Shown piece after piece: positions 29,447 through 39,741 of a stretch of DNA of 64,000 nt. Position 1 is the stretch's first letter; each line of letters begins with the position of its first letter. The notes under the pieces are model-generated. The model had not been told where the DNA came from. It saw only the letters and a list, made by a program, of their open reading frames with translations, and did no database searches. The stretch is from a bacterium (GTDB lineage: Bacteria > Patescibacteriota > Minisyncoccia > Phycocordibacterales > UBA9973): positions 335,505 through 399,504 of the forward strand of contig JBAXXQ010000001.1 of NCBI GenBank assembly GCA_037127795.1. The letters are read 5' to 3'. A program made the translations under genes and the position numbers.

Positions 29447-30031
29447 ATGACTATCAAATTCACACTAGGAATAATTGCAGGGATCATATCTTCTTTGGCA
29501 TATATAGTTTATATATATTCTATTCTTAAAGGGGAAAGTAAGCCGAGTAGGGTGACTTGGTGGGTTTGGACTTTTATGGGGCTTATACTTGCTATAAGTT
29601 ATTATTTTTCTGGCGCAAGAAATACTATATGGTCACCAATAGTAGAATTCATAGGCCCACTAATAATTGCATTACTATCTATTACATATGGTGAGGGTGG
29701 AGTTGAAGAAAAATCAGATGTGATATGTTTTTTTGGAGGTATTGTAAGTATTATACTTTGGATAGTCTTTAAATCTCCGATTGTTGCATTGGTAACAAGT
29801 TTGTTTAGTGATATGTTTGCAATAATCCCTACAATTAAAAAGTCATATTTGAGACCACAAGATGAAAATATATGGGCATGGTTTGGCACAGGTATTGCTG
29901 ATACTACAAATCTTTTTGCCGCAGAAAGAATGTCTTTTGGAATACTAGTATATCCTGCATATATGGTTGCTGTAGATTTTATAGTAGTTTTGGTTTTGTT
30001 TGTCAGTAAGAAGAAAAGGAAAACAATGTAG
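29447..30031 (+). CDS. multi-pass membrane protein
   Basis: about 7 TMs; KPSRVTWWVW, IPTIKKSYLRPQDE (PQ-loop-like duplication). Confidence 0.7.
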   Translation: MTIKFTLGIIAGIISSLAYIVYIYSILKGESKPSRVTWWVWTFMGLILAISYYFSGARNTIWSPIVEFIGPLIIALLSITYGEGGVEEKSDVICFFGGIVSIILWIVFKSPIVALVTSLFSDMFAIIPTIKKSYLRPQDENIWAWFGTGIADTTNLFAAERMSFGILVYPAYMVAVDFIVVLVLFVSKKKRKTM

Positions 30032-30213
30032 AACATGTTAGGAAGTTTTTATTTTTTTATATAGGTCTTTTCTTATGAGAAAGACGATATAATACTTGAC
30101 AAATATAGTATATTATTATAATATATATTTATAAAGTTCCTTGATCGAGATTTGTTTGGTGAACATAGTATCTATAGAAATATAGGTTTTCTGTTCACCA
30201 AATTAAAATTAAA

Positions 30214-30639
30214 ATGATAAATAAACAAGCTTCTTTTACTAAAATGTTAGAAACTATTTTAGCAAACGGTGTTGGTTTTAAAAAAATCTATTTTCTTTGT
30301 AATTATTCATATGATGAAATATACTCAGAAGATTTTGAGCCTATATGTAAATTTGATAATAGAGGTGATTTAGTTATTAAGTTTTCTGACGGGGTTCAGT
30401 ATTTAGGAGGTTTAAAACTTACAAAGAATGATTTCAAAAATGTTTTCTCTGATATACCAGTTGATGAGTGGATAGAATTAAAATTAGATTTTGACTACTT
30501 AGACTACAATGTTGGTATCTATTTAAGATTTGAAACAGAATTTAAGAGTACGGACGGTACCGTAGGAGAAGGTATGATAGATGTATTTTATAGATATCAA
30601 GGAGAAGGAGAAAAACAAAAAGAATACTTTGAAATTTAA
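30214..30639 (+). CDS. acidic hypothetical protein (AT-rich cassette)
   Basis: TTGACA (30096) promoter, structured leader, terminator about 30648-30678. Confidence 0.7.
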   Translation: MINKQASFTKMLETILANGVGFKKIYFLCNYSYDEIYSEDFEPICKFDNRGDLVIKFSDGVQYLGGLKLTKNDFKNVFSDIPVDEWIELKLDFDYLDYNVGIYLRFETEFKSTDGTVGEGMIDVFYRYQGEGEKQKEYFEI

Positions 30640-30694
30640 GTATTAAAAGGTCTCTCATGTAAATGAGGGATTTTTTTTATGGTATACTTTTAGT

Positions 30695-31561
30695 ATGAAA
30701 ACACTACGAGAATACATCAAAGATGCGCAGGATAGACATGTCGCGGTTGGGCATTTCAATTTTTCAAACTTAGAAGGGCTCCATGCTATTGCAAGAGCTG
30801 CAAAAAAGCTCAACGTGCCAGTGATTGTCGGTACTTCAGAAGGTGAGGAAGACGCTGTCGGTACAGAAGAAGCTGCAAGTCTTGTCGCTACTATTCGTCA
30901 TGGGTGGAATATTCCAATATTTCTCAATGCTGATCATCACTATAGTTTTGAGCGAGTAAAAAAGGCTATTGATGTAGGATATGATGCAGTGATTTTTGAT
31001 GGCGCAGCGTTACCACTCGATGAAAATATAGCCAAGGCGAAACAATGCGTAGAATACGCGCGCTCAGTAAGTAGTCAGACGGGGAGAGATATTCTCGTAG
31101 AAGTAGAGCTTGGGTATATCGGACAAAGCTCAAAAGTACTCGATGCAATACCAGAAGGGGTAGAAATGGTAAGTAACCCAGATGACGCAGTTTCTTTTTT
31201 GCAACACACAGGTGCAGATATGCTTGCTCCTGCAGTGGGGAATTTTCATGGCCTTCTTCGCCATGCACAAAAACCTCGCCTCAATATAGATGCAATAAAA
31301 AATATTCGTGCAAAAACTGATGCACCACTCGTATTACACGGAGGTTCTGGAGAAGAAGCAGACTTTGTTGCAGTTATCGATGCAGGGATCGCTATTATCC
31401 ATGTGAATACTGAGCTTCGCAAAGCATACACAGAAGCACTCGAAATGCATATGCAAAAAAATCCTGATGATATTGCTCCGTACAAATATGGCGCAGTAGC
31501 AGAAGATGCAATGGAGGCGGTAGTATTACAAAAGCTAAAAATATTTAATAAATTACAATAA
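30695..31561 (+). CDS. fba: class II fructose-bisphosphate aldolase
   Basis: LNADHH, FDGA, EVELG, VGNFHG, VLHGGSG, VNTE. Confidence 0.93.
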   Translation: MKTLREYIKDAQDRHVAVGHFNFSNLEGLHAIARAAKKLNVPVIVGTSEGEEDAVGTEEAASLVATIRHGWNIPIFLNADHHYSFERVKKAIDVGYDAVIFDGAALPLDENIAKAKQCVEYARSVSSQTGRDILVEVELGYIGQSSKVLDAIPEGVEMVSNPDDAVSFLQHTGADMLAPAVGNFHGLLRHAQKPRLNIDAIKNIRAKTDAPLVLHGGSGEEADFVAVIDAGIAIIHVNTELRKAYTEALEMHMQKNPDDIAPYKYGAVAEDAMEAVVLQKLKIFNKLQ

Positions 31562-31562
31562 T

Positions 31563-33239
31563 ATGTTACCAATAGCAGAGATTCAAAAATTACTCGAAGG
31601 AGAAGTGTATGCCGATGATGCGACACTCGACAAATATTCACGTGATGCAAGCCTTTTTGAAATGCGACCACAAGCGGTAGTATTTCCCAAAAATAGTAAA
31701 GATATACAAGTACTTGTTGCTTGGGTGAATAGTCGTAAAAAAGATTTTTCAGATCTATCTATTACTATGCGTGCTGCAGGGACTTGTATGTCTGGAGGTG
31801 CTATCAATGAATCTATTGTTGTAGATACGAGCAAATACATGCATGGTGTACTAGAAGTGAATGCGCAAGAAAAATGGGCACGAGTACTTCCGGGGACATA
31901 TTATAGAGATTTTGATGCTGAGACTCGCAAATATAATCTTATTATGCCGACATATACCGCATCACGAGAGCTCTGTGCTGTAGGAGGAATGGTTGCAAAT
32001 AATTCTGGTGGTGAAAAATCTATTCAATACGGAAAGGTAGAAAATTTTATTCGCGAACTTACGGTGGTACTCACTGATGGGCACGAATATGTAGTGCGCC
32101 CACTATCTCACAAAGAATTGATGACAAAAATCGCTGGTGTGGGATTTGAGGCAGAATTGTATAAAAAGCTATATGCACTTATTACAGACAATCTTGCAAT
32201 TATACAAGCTGCAAAGCCACACGTAAGTAAAAACTCTGCCGGATATTATCTATGGAATGTGTATGACCCAGAAACAGAGATGTTTGATCTATGTCGTTTG
32301 ATTGTAGGAAGTCAGGGGACGTTGGGTATTGTGACAGAGATAGTGTGGAACTTGGTCCCAGTGAAAAAACACTCAGTACTTACTGTTGCATTTTTGAAAG
32401 ATCTCAAACAGCTCGGTAATATTGTAAATACATCACTTGCACAAAAGCCAGAGAGTGTAGAGTCGTACGATGACAATACACTCCATGTTGCAACAAAATT
32501 TTTTGGAGATTTTTTGAAAAAGAAAAAAGTATGGGGAATGATCAAGTTTATGTTTTCGTTCTTGCCAGAATTTTTTATGACTGTTGCAGGTGGTATCCCC
32601 AAAATGGTGCTCTTGGTAGAATTTGCTGGAGATGATGAAAAAGAAATACATCAAAAAGCTGATACACTCGCCAAAGAACTTAAACAAACATATAAGGTAC
32701 TTACTCATGTGACACAGACAGAAACAGAAGAAGAAAAATATTGGGAAGTGCGTCACGAGAGTTTCAACCTTCTTCGTAAGCACGTACAAGGCAAACATAC
32801 TGCGCCTTTTATAGATGACTTTATTATTTTGCCGAAATTTCTTCCAGAATTTTTGCCAAAGCTCGATACTATCCTCGCGCAATATAAACTCACCTATACA
32901 ATAGCAGGGCACCCTGGAGATGGGAATTTCCATATTATCCCTCTTATGGACCTCAAAGATCCAAAGACTCGCGAAATTATTTTGGAGCTTTCTGAAAAGG
33001 TGTATACGCTCGTACTCGAGTACAAAGGCTCTATCACTGCAGAGCACAATGATGGTATTATTCGTAGTCCATTTCTTGAAAAACAATATGGCGCAGAGAT
33101 TGTAGGATTATTTAAGCAAACCAAAGAATTGTTTGATCCGCTCTATATATTGAACCCGCACAAAAAAGTCGGTGTGACCAAAGAGGACATTGCAAAATAT
33201 CTTTCTCGTGGTGACTACGGCGAAGCAACAAAAAGGTAA
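31563..33239 (+). CDS. FAD-binding oxidoreductase (GlcD/D-lactate dehydrogenase-like)
   Basis: RAAGTCMSG, GGMVANNSGG, GSQGTLG, GHPGDGNFH, AEHNDG, FDPLYILNP. Confidence 0.9.
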   Translation: MLPIAEIQKLLEGEVYADDATLDKYSRDASLFEMRPQAVVFPKNSKDIQVLVAWVNSRKKDFSDLSITMRAAGTCMSGGAINESIVVDTSKYMHGVLEVNAQEKWARVLPGTYYRDFDAETRKYNLIMPTYTASRELCAVGGMVANNSGGEKSIQYGKVENFIRELTVVLTDGHEYVVRPLSHKELMTKIAGVGFEAELYKKLYALITDNLAIIQAAKPHVSKNSAGYYLWNVYDPETEMFDLCRLIVGSQGTLGIVTEIVWNLVPVKKHSVLTVAFLKDLKQLGNIVNTSLAQKPESVESYDDNTLHVATKFFGDFLKKKKVWGMIKFMFSFLPEFFMTVAGGIPKMVLLVEFAGDDEKEIHQKADTLAKELKQTYKVLTHVTQTETEEEKYWEVRHESFNLLRKHVQGKHTAPFIDDFIILPKFLPEFLPKLDTILAQYKLTYTIAGHPGDGNFHIIPLMDLKDPKTREIILELSEKVYTLVLEYKGSITAEHNDGIIRSPFLEKQYGAEIVGLFKQTKELFDPLYILNPHKKVGVTKEDIAKYLSRGDYGEATKR

Positions 33240-33298
33240 TATAGTCAATAGCTTGCAGATTTTACAAAAAAGCTCTTTTTGTGTATAGTGTACCCACT

Positions 33299-33925
33299 AT
33301 GATTACATTATCTGCAGAAAAACGAACAAATGAAAAGCCAGAAGCGCTTCGCGCAATGGAAAAGATACCAGCAGTATTTTATGGTGCAGGCACAATTGCA
33401 ACATCAATTATTGTTTCAACAAAAGAATTTACTAAAATCTGGAAAGAAGCCGGAGAAACAACAGCTATCACCCTTGCTGTAGGAGACACAAAGGTAAACG
33501 TACTTATCCATGATGTACAAAAAGATCCTCGCTTGGATGCAGTAACTCACGTTGATTTCTTGGTTATCGATATGAAAAAAGAAGTTGAAGTTGCTGTACC
33601 GCTCGTATTTACTGGTGTTGCAGAAGCAGAAAAAGCAGCTGGTGGTACATTTGTTACAGTACTCCACGATCTCGAAGTTCGCGCACTTCCTGCAGACCTC
33701 CCACATGAAATCACTGTTGATGTAACAGTATTGCAAACTCTCGAAGATAAGATTCTTGCAAGTAATGTAAAACTTCCAAAAGGAGTATCACTTGTGACGG
33801 AAGGTGAAGAAGTAGTAGCGCTTGTTGCTCCATTTGCTGAAGAAAAAGAAGAATCAGCTCCTATGGATCTCTCTGCTATCGAAGTAGAAAAGAAAGGTAA
33901 GAAAGAAGACGAAGCTGCAGAATAA
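33299..33925 (+). CDS. rplY: 50S ribosomal protein L25/Ctc
   Basis: KIPAVFYG, HVDF, two-domain Ctc form. Confidence 0.93.
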   Translation: MITLSAEKRTNEKPEALRAMEKIPAVFYGAGTIATSIIVSTKEFTKIWKEAGETTAITLAVGDTKVNVLIHDVQKDPRLDAVTHVDFLVIDMKKEVEVAVPLVFTGVAEAEKAAGGTFVTVLHDLEVRALPADLPHEITVDVTVLQTLEDKILASNVKLPKGVSLVTEGEEVVALVAPFAEEKEESAPMDLSAIEVEKKGKKEDEAAE

Positions 33926-33967
33926 TCTCCTACAAGATTCATTTTCATGCTATAATAAAACCCTACT

Positions 33968-35344
33968 ATGCGTAAGGGTTTTATTATTTTTATAGGAAGT
34001 ATATATACACTCACTACATTTTTTAGTGGTGTTGTTTTTGCACAATCTGTAGATACGAGTACACCAGACGTATGTAAAACAGCTACAAGTTCAGATATTG
34101 TCCAGGCATGTGCGGATTTTGCACAAGAAAATGTAAAACTTATTGCACTCCAAAAGCAGCTCGCTGCGCAAAAACAAAAGACTGGTGGGTTACAAAAAAA
34201 CGTAAATGAGCTTGTTGCAAAGATTACTGCAACACAATCAAAAATCAAATCTCAAATAGCCCTTATTAGTAAGCTTTCTGTAGAAATTAACTATAAAACA
34301 AAGGTTATTACAGAGCTTGGTAATGAGCTTGATCGCGAACATGCGTCTATGTCGCAATTACTCAAAAAGTCTGATGAGATAGACCGCCAAGGGGCTGCAT
34401 ATGTACTTTTTAGTGCACATTCAGTGTCTTCATGGTACCAAAATCTTGATGATTTCTTTTCAATAAAAGGATCTCTATATGCATCTTTGAATAAGGTAAA
34501 AAATGTAAAATCTCAAACAGAAGATCAAAAATCTCAACTACAAGACAAACAGTCTCTTGCGCTTGATGCAAAATCAAATCTTGAATTCCAAAAACAACAA
34601 ATTCAATCTTCTGAAGCAGAGGTGCACAAAATGCTTGATAGTAGTAAGACACAAGAAAAGATAGTGCAAGATACACTCGCAGAGCAACAAAAGAAGGTTG
34701 CACAAATTCAAAGTAAATTGTTCCAATTTGCTGGAGGTGGTAAGGCTATTCCATTTAAAGATGCGTATGCGTATGCAACAACTGCAGCAGCTACTACTGG
34801 AGTACACGCTTCATTTATCCTTGCTATTTTGACTCAAGAATCAAACTTGGGTAAAAACGTAGGAACTTGTAATCGTGCAGGAGATCCAGTATCTAAGAGT
34901 TGGAAAAACATTATGAATCCTACTCGTGATCAACCAGCATTTTTGCGTATTACTGGAGCTCTCGGACTCAATCCAGATACAACACCTGTATCATGTCCTA
35001 TAGGGACCGGTGGTTGGGGTGGTGGTATGGGGCCTGCGCAGTTTATCCCATCTTCATGGGAAGGTATTGCAAGTAAGGTCGCAAGTGCATTAGGGGTGAC
35101 GTCTGCGAACCCCTGGAGTCCTCGAGATGCTATTATGGCAGCAGGATTTCTCTTGAAGAGTAATGGTGCAGCAGGGGGTACGACTAGTGCAGAAAAAAAT
35201 GCTGCGTGTAGGTACTACTCAGGTCGCGCATGTGATAGTAAGCGTCCACCAAACAGTTTCTATGGTTCTAGTGTTATAAAAATAGAGCTCGGTATTCAGG
35301 CAGATATTGATTATTTGGAAAAATATGGTGTTTCTAGAAGATAA
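33968..35344 (+). CDS. coiled-coil lytic murein transglycosylase
   Basis: signal peptide, long coiled coil, [10 protein letters not shown] and [11 protein letters not shown]. Confidence 0.85.
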   Translation: MRKGFIIFIGSIYTLTTFFSGVVFAQSVDTSTPDVCKTATSSDIVQACADFAQENVKLIALQKQLAAQKQKTGGLQKNVNELVAKITATQSKIKSQIALISKLSVEINYKTKVITELGNELDREHASMSQLLKKSDEIDRQGAAYVLFSAHSVSSWYQNLDDFFSIKGSLYASLNKVKNVKSQTEDQKSQLQDKQSLALDAKSNLEFQKQQIQSSEAEVHKMLDSSKTQEKIVQDTLAEQQKKVAQIQSKLFQFAGGGKAIPFKDAYAYATTAAATTGVHASFILAILTQESNLGKNVGTCNRAGDPVSKSWKNIMNPTRDQPAFLRITGALGLNPDTTPVSCPIGTGGWGGGMGPAQFIPSSWEGIASKVASALGVTSANPWSPRDAIMAAGFLLKSNGAAGGTTSAEKNAACRYYSGRACDSKRPPNSFYGSSVIKIELGIQADIDYLEKYGVSRR

Positions 35345-35403
35345 TAGGGGATTTTACCCAAGGACTTGAATTTAAAAGACTTATCTGGTATTATCTACAG
35401 ACT

Positions 35404-35655
35404 ATGAAAAAAGATATCCACCCAAATAACTTTCGAGACGTTGTATTTCATGACAACTCTTCTGACGCAGAATTTATCGTTGGTTCTACTGTAAAAACAA
35501 CAGAAACAACAACTGTAAATGGCAAGGAATACCCATTGTTCCGTGTTGAAATTTCAAGTGCTTCACATCCATTCTATACAGGTACAGAAAAAGTTATTGA
35601 CACTGCTGGACGTGTTGATCGTTTCAACAAGCGTCGCGCTGTTGCAAAAAAATAA
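35404..35655 (+). CDS. rpmE: 50S ribosomal protein L31 type B
   Basis: MKKDIHP...[10 protein letters not shown]...GRVDRF, no Zn cysteines. Confidence 0.95.
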   Translation: MKKDIHPNNFRDVVFHDNSSDAEFIVGSTVKTTETTTVNGKEYPLFRVEISSASHPFYTGTEKVIDTAGRVDRFNKRRAVAKK

Positions 35656-35721
35656 CGCCTTATAAAAAATGCCTCGATATATTATTTATTGGGGCATTTT
35701 TTATTGTATACTTACACATAT

Positions 35722-36660
35722 ATGGATATTGAAGCATTAAAAAAGAATCCTCGAACACAATACCTCGCCCAAGAATACGAGAAGCTAGAGAAGCAGGAAG
35801 TAGAGCTCCAAGAGCTCATTGCTACAGATCCGTCTATGAAAGAGCTCGCACTTGAAGATATGAATTCTATTGCAACTCAAAAAACCGCACTTGAGACTCA
35901 AATAAAATCTATAGAAGAAGCAGAAAAAGAAGAAGAGGAATTTCCTAATGAAGTCGTACTTGAAGCTCGTGCTGGTGCGGGAGGGGACGAAGCAGCGCTT
36001 TTTGCACAACAACTTGTAGAGATGTATGAACGCTATGTAGATATGCACCCAGGCTGGAATTCTCGTCACCTTGATGAATATACACTCGAAATTAAAGGAA
36101 AAGATGTCTATAAGCTTCTTCGGTATGAGACAGGGGTACATCGTGTACAGCGCGTCCCTGTAACAGAAAAAAACGGCCGTATCCATACATCTACTGCATC
36201 TATTGCAGTACTTCCTATGCGCAAAAAAGTTACTTTTGAAATCAATCCAAGTGATTTGGAAATGGAATATTCTCGTTCTGGAGGAGCTGGTGGGCAAAAT
36301 GTGAACAAGGTTGAGACTGCAGTGCGCCTTATTCACAAACCTACTGGTATCGATGTACGTAGTACCGCAGAACGTAGTCAGCTTGCAAACCGTGAACGCG
36401 CATTTAGTATTTTGCAGGCCAAATTGCAACAATTGAAAGAAGAGGAAGAAGCAAAAAAATACTCTGGTGTCCGTAAAGACCAGATTGGTACCGCAGATAG
36501 AAGTGAAAAAATCCGTACATACAACTTCCCACAAGACCGGGTGACAGATCACCGTATTCGCCAAAACTGGTCAAATATCGAAGGTATTATGATGGGGAAA
36601 ATCGATAAAATTATTGATGCTTTGCAAACAGGTGCTGTCGGGGATGCAGAAGAGGAATAA
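35722..36660 (+). CDS. prfA: peptide chain release factor 1
   Basis: [10 protein letters not shown] (PxT), [21 protein letters not shown]. Confidence 0.95.
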   Translation: MDIEALKKNPRTQYLAQEYEKLEKQEVELQELIATDPSMKELALEDMNSIATQKTALETQIKSIEEAEKEEEEFPNEVVLEARAGAGGDEAALFAQQLVEMYERYVDMHPGWNSRHLDEYTLEIKGKDVYKLLRYETGVHRVQRVPVTEKNGRIHTSTASIAVLPMRKKVTFEINPSDLEMEYSRSGGAGGQNVNKVETAVRLIHKPTGIDVRSTAERSQLANRERAFSILQAKLQQLKEEEEAKKYSGVRKDQIGTADRSEKIRTYNFPQDRVTDHRIRQNWSNIEGIMMGKIDKIIDALQTGAVGDAEEE

Positions 36661-36771
36661 TTTGATACTATTTGAATTTTTTTAAAAATTTGCTATAGTA
36701 ATGATCGATAAAGGTATTTACGTGTTCCGGCCCTGCTGGTCCGGAATCGATTTGCCTTCAATCGGCAAATC

Positions 36772-36843
36772 GCGTGTATAGTTCAGTGGTAGAACGCTGT
36801 CCTGATAAGACAGAGGTCCATGGTCCGATTCCATGTACACGCA
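36772..36843 (+). tRNA. tRNA-Ile(GAT)
   Basis: GCGTGTA/TACACGC acceptor stem, CTGTC-CTGATAA-GACAG anticodon arm, CATGG-TCCGATT-CCATG T arm; CCA not encoded. Confidence 0.92.
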
Positions 36844-36846
36844 CAT

Positions 36847-37104
36847 ATGACAAATATCGAGAGTTTTGATCAAGATCTTGATAAGATAGTAGAACGGGCA
36901 GATTTTCTTTCTATGGTTTGGGATAATTTAGAAAAAGGGGAGCCAGCTCCTATTTTTTCTGGTGACGCGGCAGATGCTCTATTTTATGCTGAAAAATTAG
37001 AACTTTTGATGGATTACAATCAAGAAGAAAATCAGCATGATGAAGGTGTCGTATTTTATGCTCAAGTACAAGCATATATTGATAATTTGAGAAAAATAAA
37101 ATGA
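36847..37104 (+). CDS. acidic hypothetical protein
   Basis: 85-aa ORF immediately after tRNA-Ile. Confidence 0.6.
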   Translation: MTNIESFDQDLDKIVERADFLSMVWDNLEKGEPAPIFSGDAADALFYAEKLELLMDYNQEENQHDEGVVFYAQVQAYIDNLRKIK

Positions 37105-37625
37105 TTATAGAATTTCAAAATACTAAAAATGATTATAAGGAATTTAGAAAAAATCTTATTCAGGTTTCTTTTAAAAAATTTCTAAAAAATAGACAGAAGT
37201 TAATTCTTAGTCCTTTGTTTATATTATTTTTTTATATCGTATCTATAATAGGTGGTCATTTTAATCCTTATAAATTCATATTAGGAGTAATTATTATTAT
37301 AATAATAATTTTTTCTCCATTATCAATATTTTTTATTAAGTCAGCATTAATAAGAAACAAGGAAAAAAAACGAAAAGAAAAAGGTTTTTATGATAGAAAA
37401 AAAATTACCACAACAGAAGATGGTTTATTGATCGAGAGTGATACAATTAATGAAGTTTTAAAATGGAAAGATATTGAAATGATACCTTCAGATAATAATT
37501 TTCGCTTTATTTTAATTACATGTAATAAAAAAATGATATTAATTCCTAAAAAGGTGTTTTTATTAGAAAGTGACGTTGAAAATTTTTTAACAATTATTAA
37601 AGAAGGCATTACAAAAACAAAATGA
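37101..37625 (+). CDS. YcxB-like membrane protein
   Basis: two TMs then TEDGLLI...LKWKDI...ILIPKKVF. Confidence 0.75.
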   Translation: MIIEFQNTKNDYKEFRKNLIQVSFKKFLKNRQKLILSPLFILFFYIVSIIGGHFNPYKFILGVIIIIIIIFSPLSIFFIKSALIRNKEKKRKEKGFYDRKKITTTEDGLLIESDTINEVLKWKDIEMIPSDNNFRFILITCNKKMILIPKKVFLLESDVENFLTIIKEGITKTK

Positions 37626-38314
37626 AATTATATGTCGTTGCAACACCTATAGGGAACCTCGCAGATTGCTCTCCTCGGGCCATACAGGCTCTTTCTGAGG
37701 CGACATTGATACTTGCTGAAGATACACGCACCACAGGGCAATTGTTCAAATTGCTCGGCGTACAAGGCAAAAAAGACTTTATAGCAAGCCATGCGCAAAG
37801 TAGCTCTGATGCAGTAATAAAAGCGCTTGCTCGTTGCGAAGAGCACGAAACTATCGCGCTTGTTACCGATGCGGGGACTCCGGCAATTTCTGATCCAGGC
37901 TCGCTTTTTATACACGCATTTCGGAAGCAATATCCTGAAGCACTTGTTATCCCTATACCAGGTGTTTCTGCTGTTATCACTGCGCTTTCTGTATCTGGAT
38001 TTCCATCAAGCCATTTTGAATTTATTGGTTTTATTCCACACAAAAAAGGGCGTCAAACACTGTTTAATTCTTTCATAGAAAAAGACCATACTGTTGTATG
38101 TTATGAATCTCCGCATCGTATTTTGAAAACACTGGAAGCGCTTGCGACGCTTATGCCAGAACGTGTATTGATGATAGGGAGAGAGATGACAAAAACTTTT
38201 GAAGAATATCCTGTAAAAACAGCACAAGATATGTACGCATACTATACAGCACATCCAGACAAAATACGGGGAGAATTTGTTGTGGTTATCGCACCAAAAT
38301 CTGGTATACTGTAA
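37622..38314 (+). CDS. rsmI: 16S rRNA C1402 2'-O-methyltransferase
   Basis: LYVVATPIGNL, AEDTR, DAGTPAISDPG, YESPHR, REMTK. Confidence 0.95.
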   Translation: MKLYVVATPIGNLADCSPRAIQALSEATLILAEDTRTTGQLFKLLGVQGKKDFIASHAQSSSDAVIKALARCEEHETIALVTDAGTPAISDPGSLFIHAFRKQYPEALVIPIPGVSAVITALSVSGFPSSHFEFIGFIPHKKGRQTLFNSFIEKDHTVVCYESPHRILKTLEALATLMPERVLMIGREMTKTFEEYPVKTAQDMYAYYTAHPDKIRGEFVVVIAPKSGIL

Positions 38315-38316
38315 AC

Positions 38317-38532
38317 ATGATTTTTCGATTACGAATTTTATGTTTAATAGGGGGCGTTTTATTATTTTTACCATTATTTAGTATGCCGATTTTCTTGTTG
38401 CATACGATATTAGTTATTTTTGGAATACTTTGTCTCTGGCTTTCATTTGGGGTACACAGACAAGCTTCGTTATTGTTGCGTACATATAAAGAATTAAAAG
38501 AAGGAAAAACACGAAAAAATACCTATGTCTAA
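38317..38532 (+). CDS. small 2-TM protein
   Basis: 71-aa hydrophobic ORF in operon. Confidence 0.55.
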   Translation: MIFRLRILCLIGGVLLFLPLFSMPIFLLHTILVIFGILCLWLSFGVHRQASLLLRTYKELKEGKTRKNTYV

Positions 38533-39739
38533 TAAAGATTCACACATCAAACTCGGCTTCAGAATATTGGGGGGTATTATTTTTAGTGTAATTGTTTTTG
38601 GTTTTGGAGTATATATCGGCTATGCGCGACGTCCTGCTATAGAGCAAGTTTCCAATGTTACCAATAAAACATCTCTCAGTGTAAATCCTAGTGCAGACTT
38701 TGGGCTTTTTTGGAACGCATGGCAAATCGCACAAGATAAATACGTAAACCCTGACAAAGCAACAGATCAAGACAAGGTTTACGGTGCAATCAAGGGAATG
38801 CTTTCGTCATATGGCGATCCCTATACCACATTCTTTTCTCCAAAAGAAGCAAAAATGTTTGATACACAAATAGCGGGGGAATTCGAAGGTATTGGGGCAG
38901 AGATTGGGCAAAAGGATGGTGTCCTTACTATTATTGCACCACTCAAAGGTACTCCTGCAGAGACTGCTGGTATAAAAGCTGGAGATAAATTAGTAAAAAT
39001 TGATGATAAGTTGGCAGATATGGATGTTGATTCAGCTATCAATCTTATTCGTGGAAAAGAGGGAACTACAGTCAAGCTTACTATTGTTCGTGAAGGACTT
39101 TCTGCACCACTCGTACTGACTCTCACTCGCCAAAAGATTGCACTTCCTACAGTAGATACAGAAGTACATGCAGATCAAAAAGCCTTTGTTATTCATCTCT
39201 ATGTCTTCTCTGCAAATTCTGCAAACCTCTTTGCTGATGCAATGGCAAAATTTAGAGCAACAGGATATCACAACTTGATAATCGATTTGCGCAACAATCC
39301 AGGTGGCTATCTTGATGCTGCGGTAGATATGTCAAAATGGTTCCTTCCAAAAGGTAGCGTGGTGGTAAAAGAAATTGGTCGCAATGGTGATACAAAAACA
39401 CATACTAGTGTAGGTCCTGGAGAATTTGGTACAGGATACAAAATATATATTATAGGAAACAAAGGTTCTGCATCAGCGTCTGAGATTTTGACTGGTGCGC
39501 TCACTGAACACGGTGTTGCAACACTTGTTGGAGATACTACTTTTGGTAAAGGTTCTGTACAAGAAGTAGTACCACTCGATGATAATACCGCAATGAAAGT
39601 CACTGTTGCAAAATGGTATACCCCAAATGGCATCTCAATTTCAGAAAATGGTCTCAAGCCGTCAATATTCCTCAAACCAAACGAAAGTGCTACTATAGAC
39701 AGACAATTACAAGATGTTTTAGCAATGTTCAATAAATAG
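38525..39739 (+). CDS. S41 carboxyl-terminal protease (CtpA-like)
   Basis: DPYT, PDZ GIGAEI, DLRNNPGG, SASASE, TFGKGSVQ. Confidence 0.95.
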   Translation: MSNKDSHIKLGFRILGGIIFSVIVFGFGVYIGYARRPAIEQVSNVTNKTSLSVNPSADFGLFWNAWQIAQDKYVNPDKATDQDKVYGAIKGMLSSYGDPYTTFFSPKEAKMFDTQIAGEFEGIGAEIGQKDGVLTIIAPLKGTPAETAGIKAGDKLVKIDDKLADMDVDSAINLIRGKEGTTVKLTIVREGLSAPLVLTLTRQKIALPTVDTEVHADQKAFVIHLYVFSANSANLFADAMAKFRATGYHNLIIDLRNNPGGYLDAAVDMSKWFLPKGSVVVKEIGRNGDTKTHTSVGPGEFGTGYKIYIIGNKGSASASEILTGALTEHGVATLVGDTTFGKGSVQEVVPLDDNTAMKVTVAKWYTPNGISISENGLKPSIFLKPNESATIDRQLQDVLAMFNK

Positions 39740-39741
39740 AT

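Noticed and set aside
33547-36564. Long antisense ORFs (33547..34248, 35785..36564 and similar elsewhere)
   Set aside because: Shadows of well-supported genes on the opposite strand, without motifs or expression signals
36820-36846. ORF start inside tRNA-Ile
   Set aside because: It overlaps the T arm; ATG at 36847 is the plausible start
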